From: Nitrospinales bacterium
Lineage (GTDB): Bacteria; Nitrospinota; Nitrospinia; Nitrospinales; JAJDAT01
Assembly (NCBI GenBank): GCA_038154245.1
Contig: JAYOZP010000002.1
Location: 114,928 to 178,927, forward strand
Length of the DNA: 64,000 nucleotides
Reading direction: 5' to 3'
Shown: piece after piece, positions 63,340 through 64,000 of the stretch
Position numbering within the stretch: position 1 is the first letter of the stretch
Layout of the letters: every line of letters starts with the position of its first letter
Translations under genes and position numbers: made by a program
The notes under the pieces: generated by a model
What the model was told of the DNA's origin: nothing
Databases searched by the model: none
Seen by the model: the letters and a program-made list of their open reading frames with translations, nothing else

Positions 63340-64000
63340 ATGCTTTTTAGTTTATCTCAAATGAAAAAATCTAAATTTTTGCAAATTGATAAAGTAAAGC
63401 AGGAGTCTGGTTTTACTTTAATTGAATTGATTACAGTTATAGTCATGGTTGGAATTCTTTCTTCTATGGCCCTGCAAAAAATGATGTCTGTGCAAGAGGA
63501 CGCTGAAATAGTGGCGGAAGACGCAACGATTGAAGTTATGCGCGCCAATTTGATAGGTAATTTCGGCGATGATCTTTTAAAAGGCGATTTTGCGGCTTAT
63601 CCAATAAATCCCTTTCAGAGTTTAACTAAAGTGCCAGAAGGCTACAATAGAAGAAGAAGTACCGCTCCCAATGGCGAAGAAGACGACGATCGTTTATGGG
63701 TATTTGTACAAGGTCAAACTGGAGCCGGATTAACTGCGGAGCAAGCTGGAACTACTTTGGTAAACTTTGTTCCTTCAGGTTTTATTTTTCATCAGCGGAG
63801 AGACCATACTGTTGTTAAATGGGGTTATGATTCTTCGCAAGGCGTTATTAGCGCTAAAGTTATTGTGAACAAAAGCGAACTTAAAGAAGCTTTACAAGCC
63901 GAGCAGATTGAACAAGGGGAAGAGACGGAAGACGATCTTCTACTTCAGCGTAGGCGTTTAGGAAACTTAAATGCCGATCAAGAGCAGAGCAACCGAACCA
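63340..64000 (+). CDS. Type IV prepilin-like protein (3' end beyond the window)
   Basis: Not in ORF track. An ATG at 63340 or 63361 gives MKKSKFLQIDKVKQESG|FTLIELITVIVMVGILSSMAL, with a class III signal (G-1, F+1, E+5). The frame stays open to the window end. Confidence 0.75.
   Translation, partial: MLFSLSQMKKSKFLQIDKVKQESGFTLIELITVIVMVGILSSMALQKMMSVQEDAEIVAEDATIEVMRANLIGNFGDDLLKGDFAAYPINPFQSLTKVPEGYNRRRSTAPNGEEDDDRLWVFVQGQTGAGLTAEQAGTTLVNFVPSGFIFHQRRDHTVVKWGYDSSQGVISAKVIVNKSELKEALQAEQIEQGEETEDDLLLQRRRLGNLNADQEQSNRT

Noticed and set aside
1-64000. Search by eye for CRISPR arrays, rRNA, IS elements or transposases, integrases, reverse transcriptases and large inverted repeats.
   Set aside because: None was found. 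The only multi-copy sequences seen are the tmRNA-islet repeats and short local motifs.

Overview
64-kb chromosomal window from a low-GC, diderm, flagellated and type-IV-piliated bacterium. I cannot assign a taxon from sequence alone. It holds about 60 protein genes, 2 tRNAs and 1 tmRNA. I saw no rRNA, CRISPR array, transposase or integrase.

Left third: an RsbU/RsbW/RsbV-type partner-switching module lies directly upstream of mlaE-mlaF. It is followed by the conserved lolB-like/ispE/tRNA-Gln/prs/rplY/pth block, a membrane pyrophosphatase, pilB, and a near-consensus sigma-54 promoter in front of fliK-flgD-flgE.

Middle: a glycosylation island contains Maf/DUF115, three tandem TMTC/PMT-like GT-C+TPR paralogues, a C-methyltransferase, gmd and a polyprenol-phosphate sugar synthase. 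Next comes a very AT-rich single gene encoding TIR + P-loop STAND-like NTPase, a candidate defence gene. tmRNA follows, and immediately after it are three decayed tandem islets carrying two toxin-antitoxin pairs, one of which has a frameshifted parE. Each islet ends in a degenerate copy of the tmRNA 3' end. A conserved micro-ORF starts from that copy on the opposite strand, and its three copies differ almost only by synonymous changes.

Right third: rimO, mlaC and recN, then an orphan TpsB transporter behind two paralogous secreted proteins. A compact four-gene cassette centred on a DUF4123 adaptor-like gene spans 49.7-53.2 kb. Its first gene carries an in-frame TAA followed by an 86-codon open acidic tail with two PVCSxCS repeats, and its last gene encodes a protein starting MGCCCG. 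After that come thrS-infC(ATT start)-rpmI-rplT, tRNA-Val, a PilS/PilR-like sigma-54 two-component pair, pilC and a prepilin.

The best candidates for something undescribed are the DUF4123 cassette, the TIR-STAND gene, and the tmRNA-linked islets with their att-straddling micro-ORF family. All functional calls rest on motifs read by eye. No database search was run.
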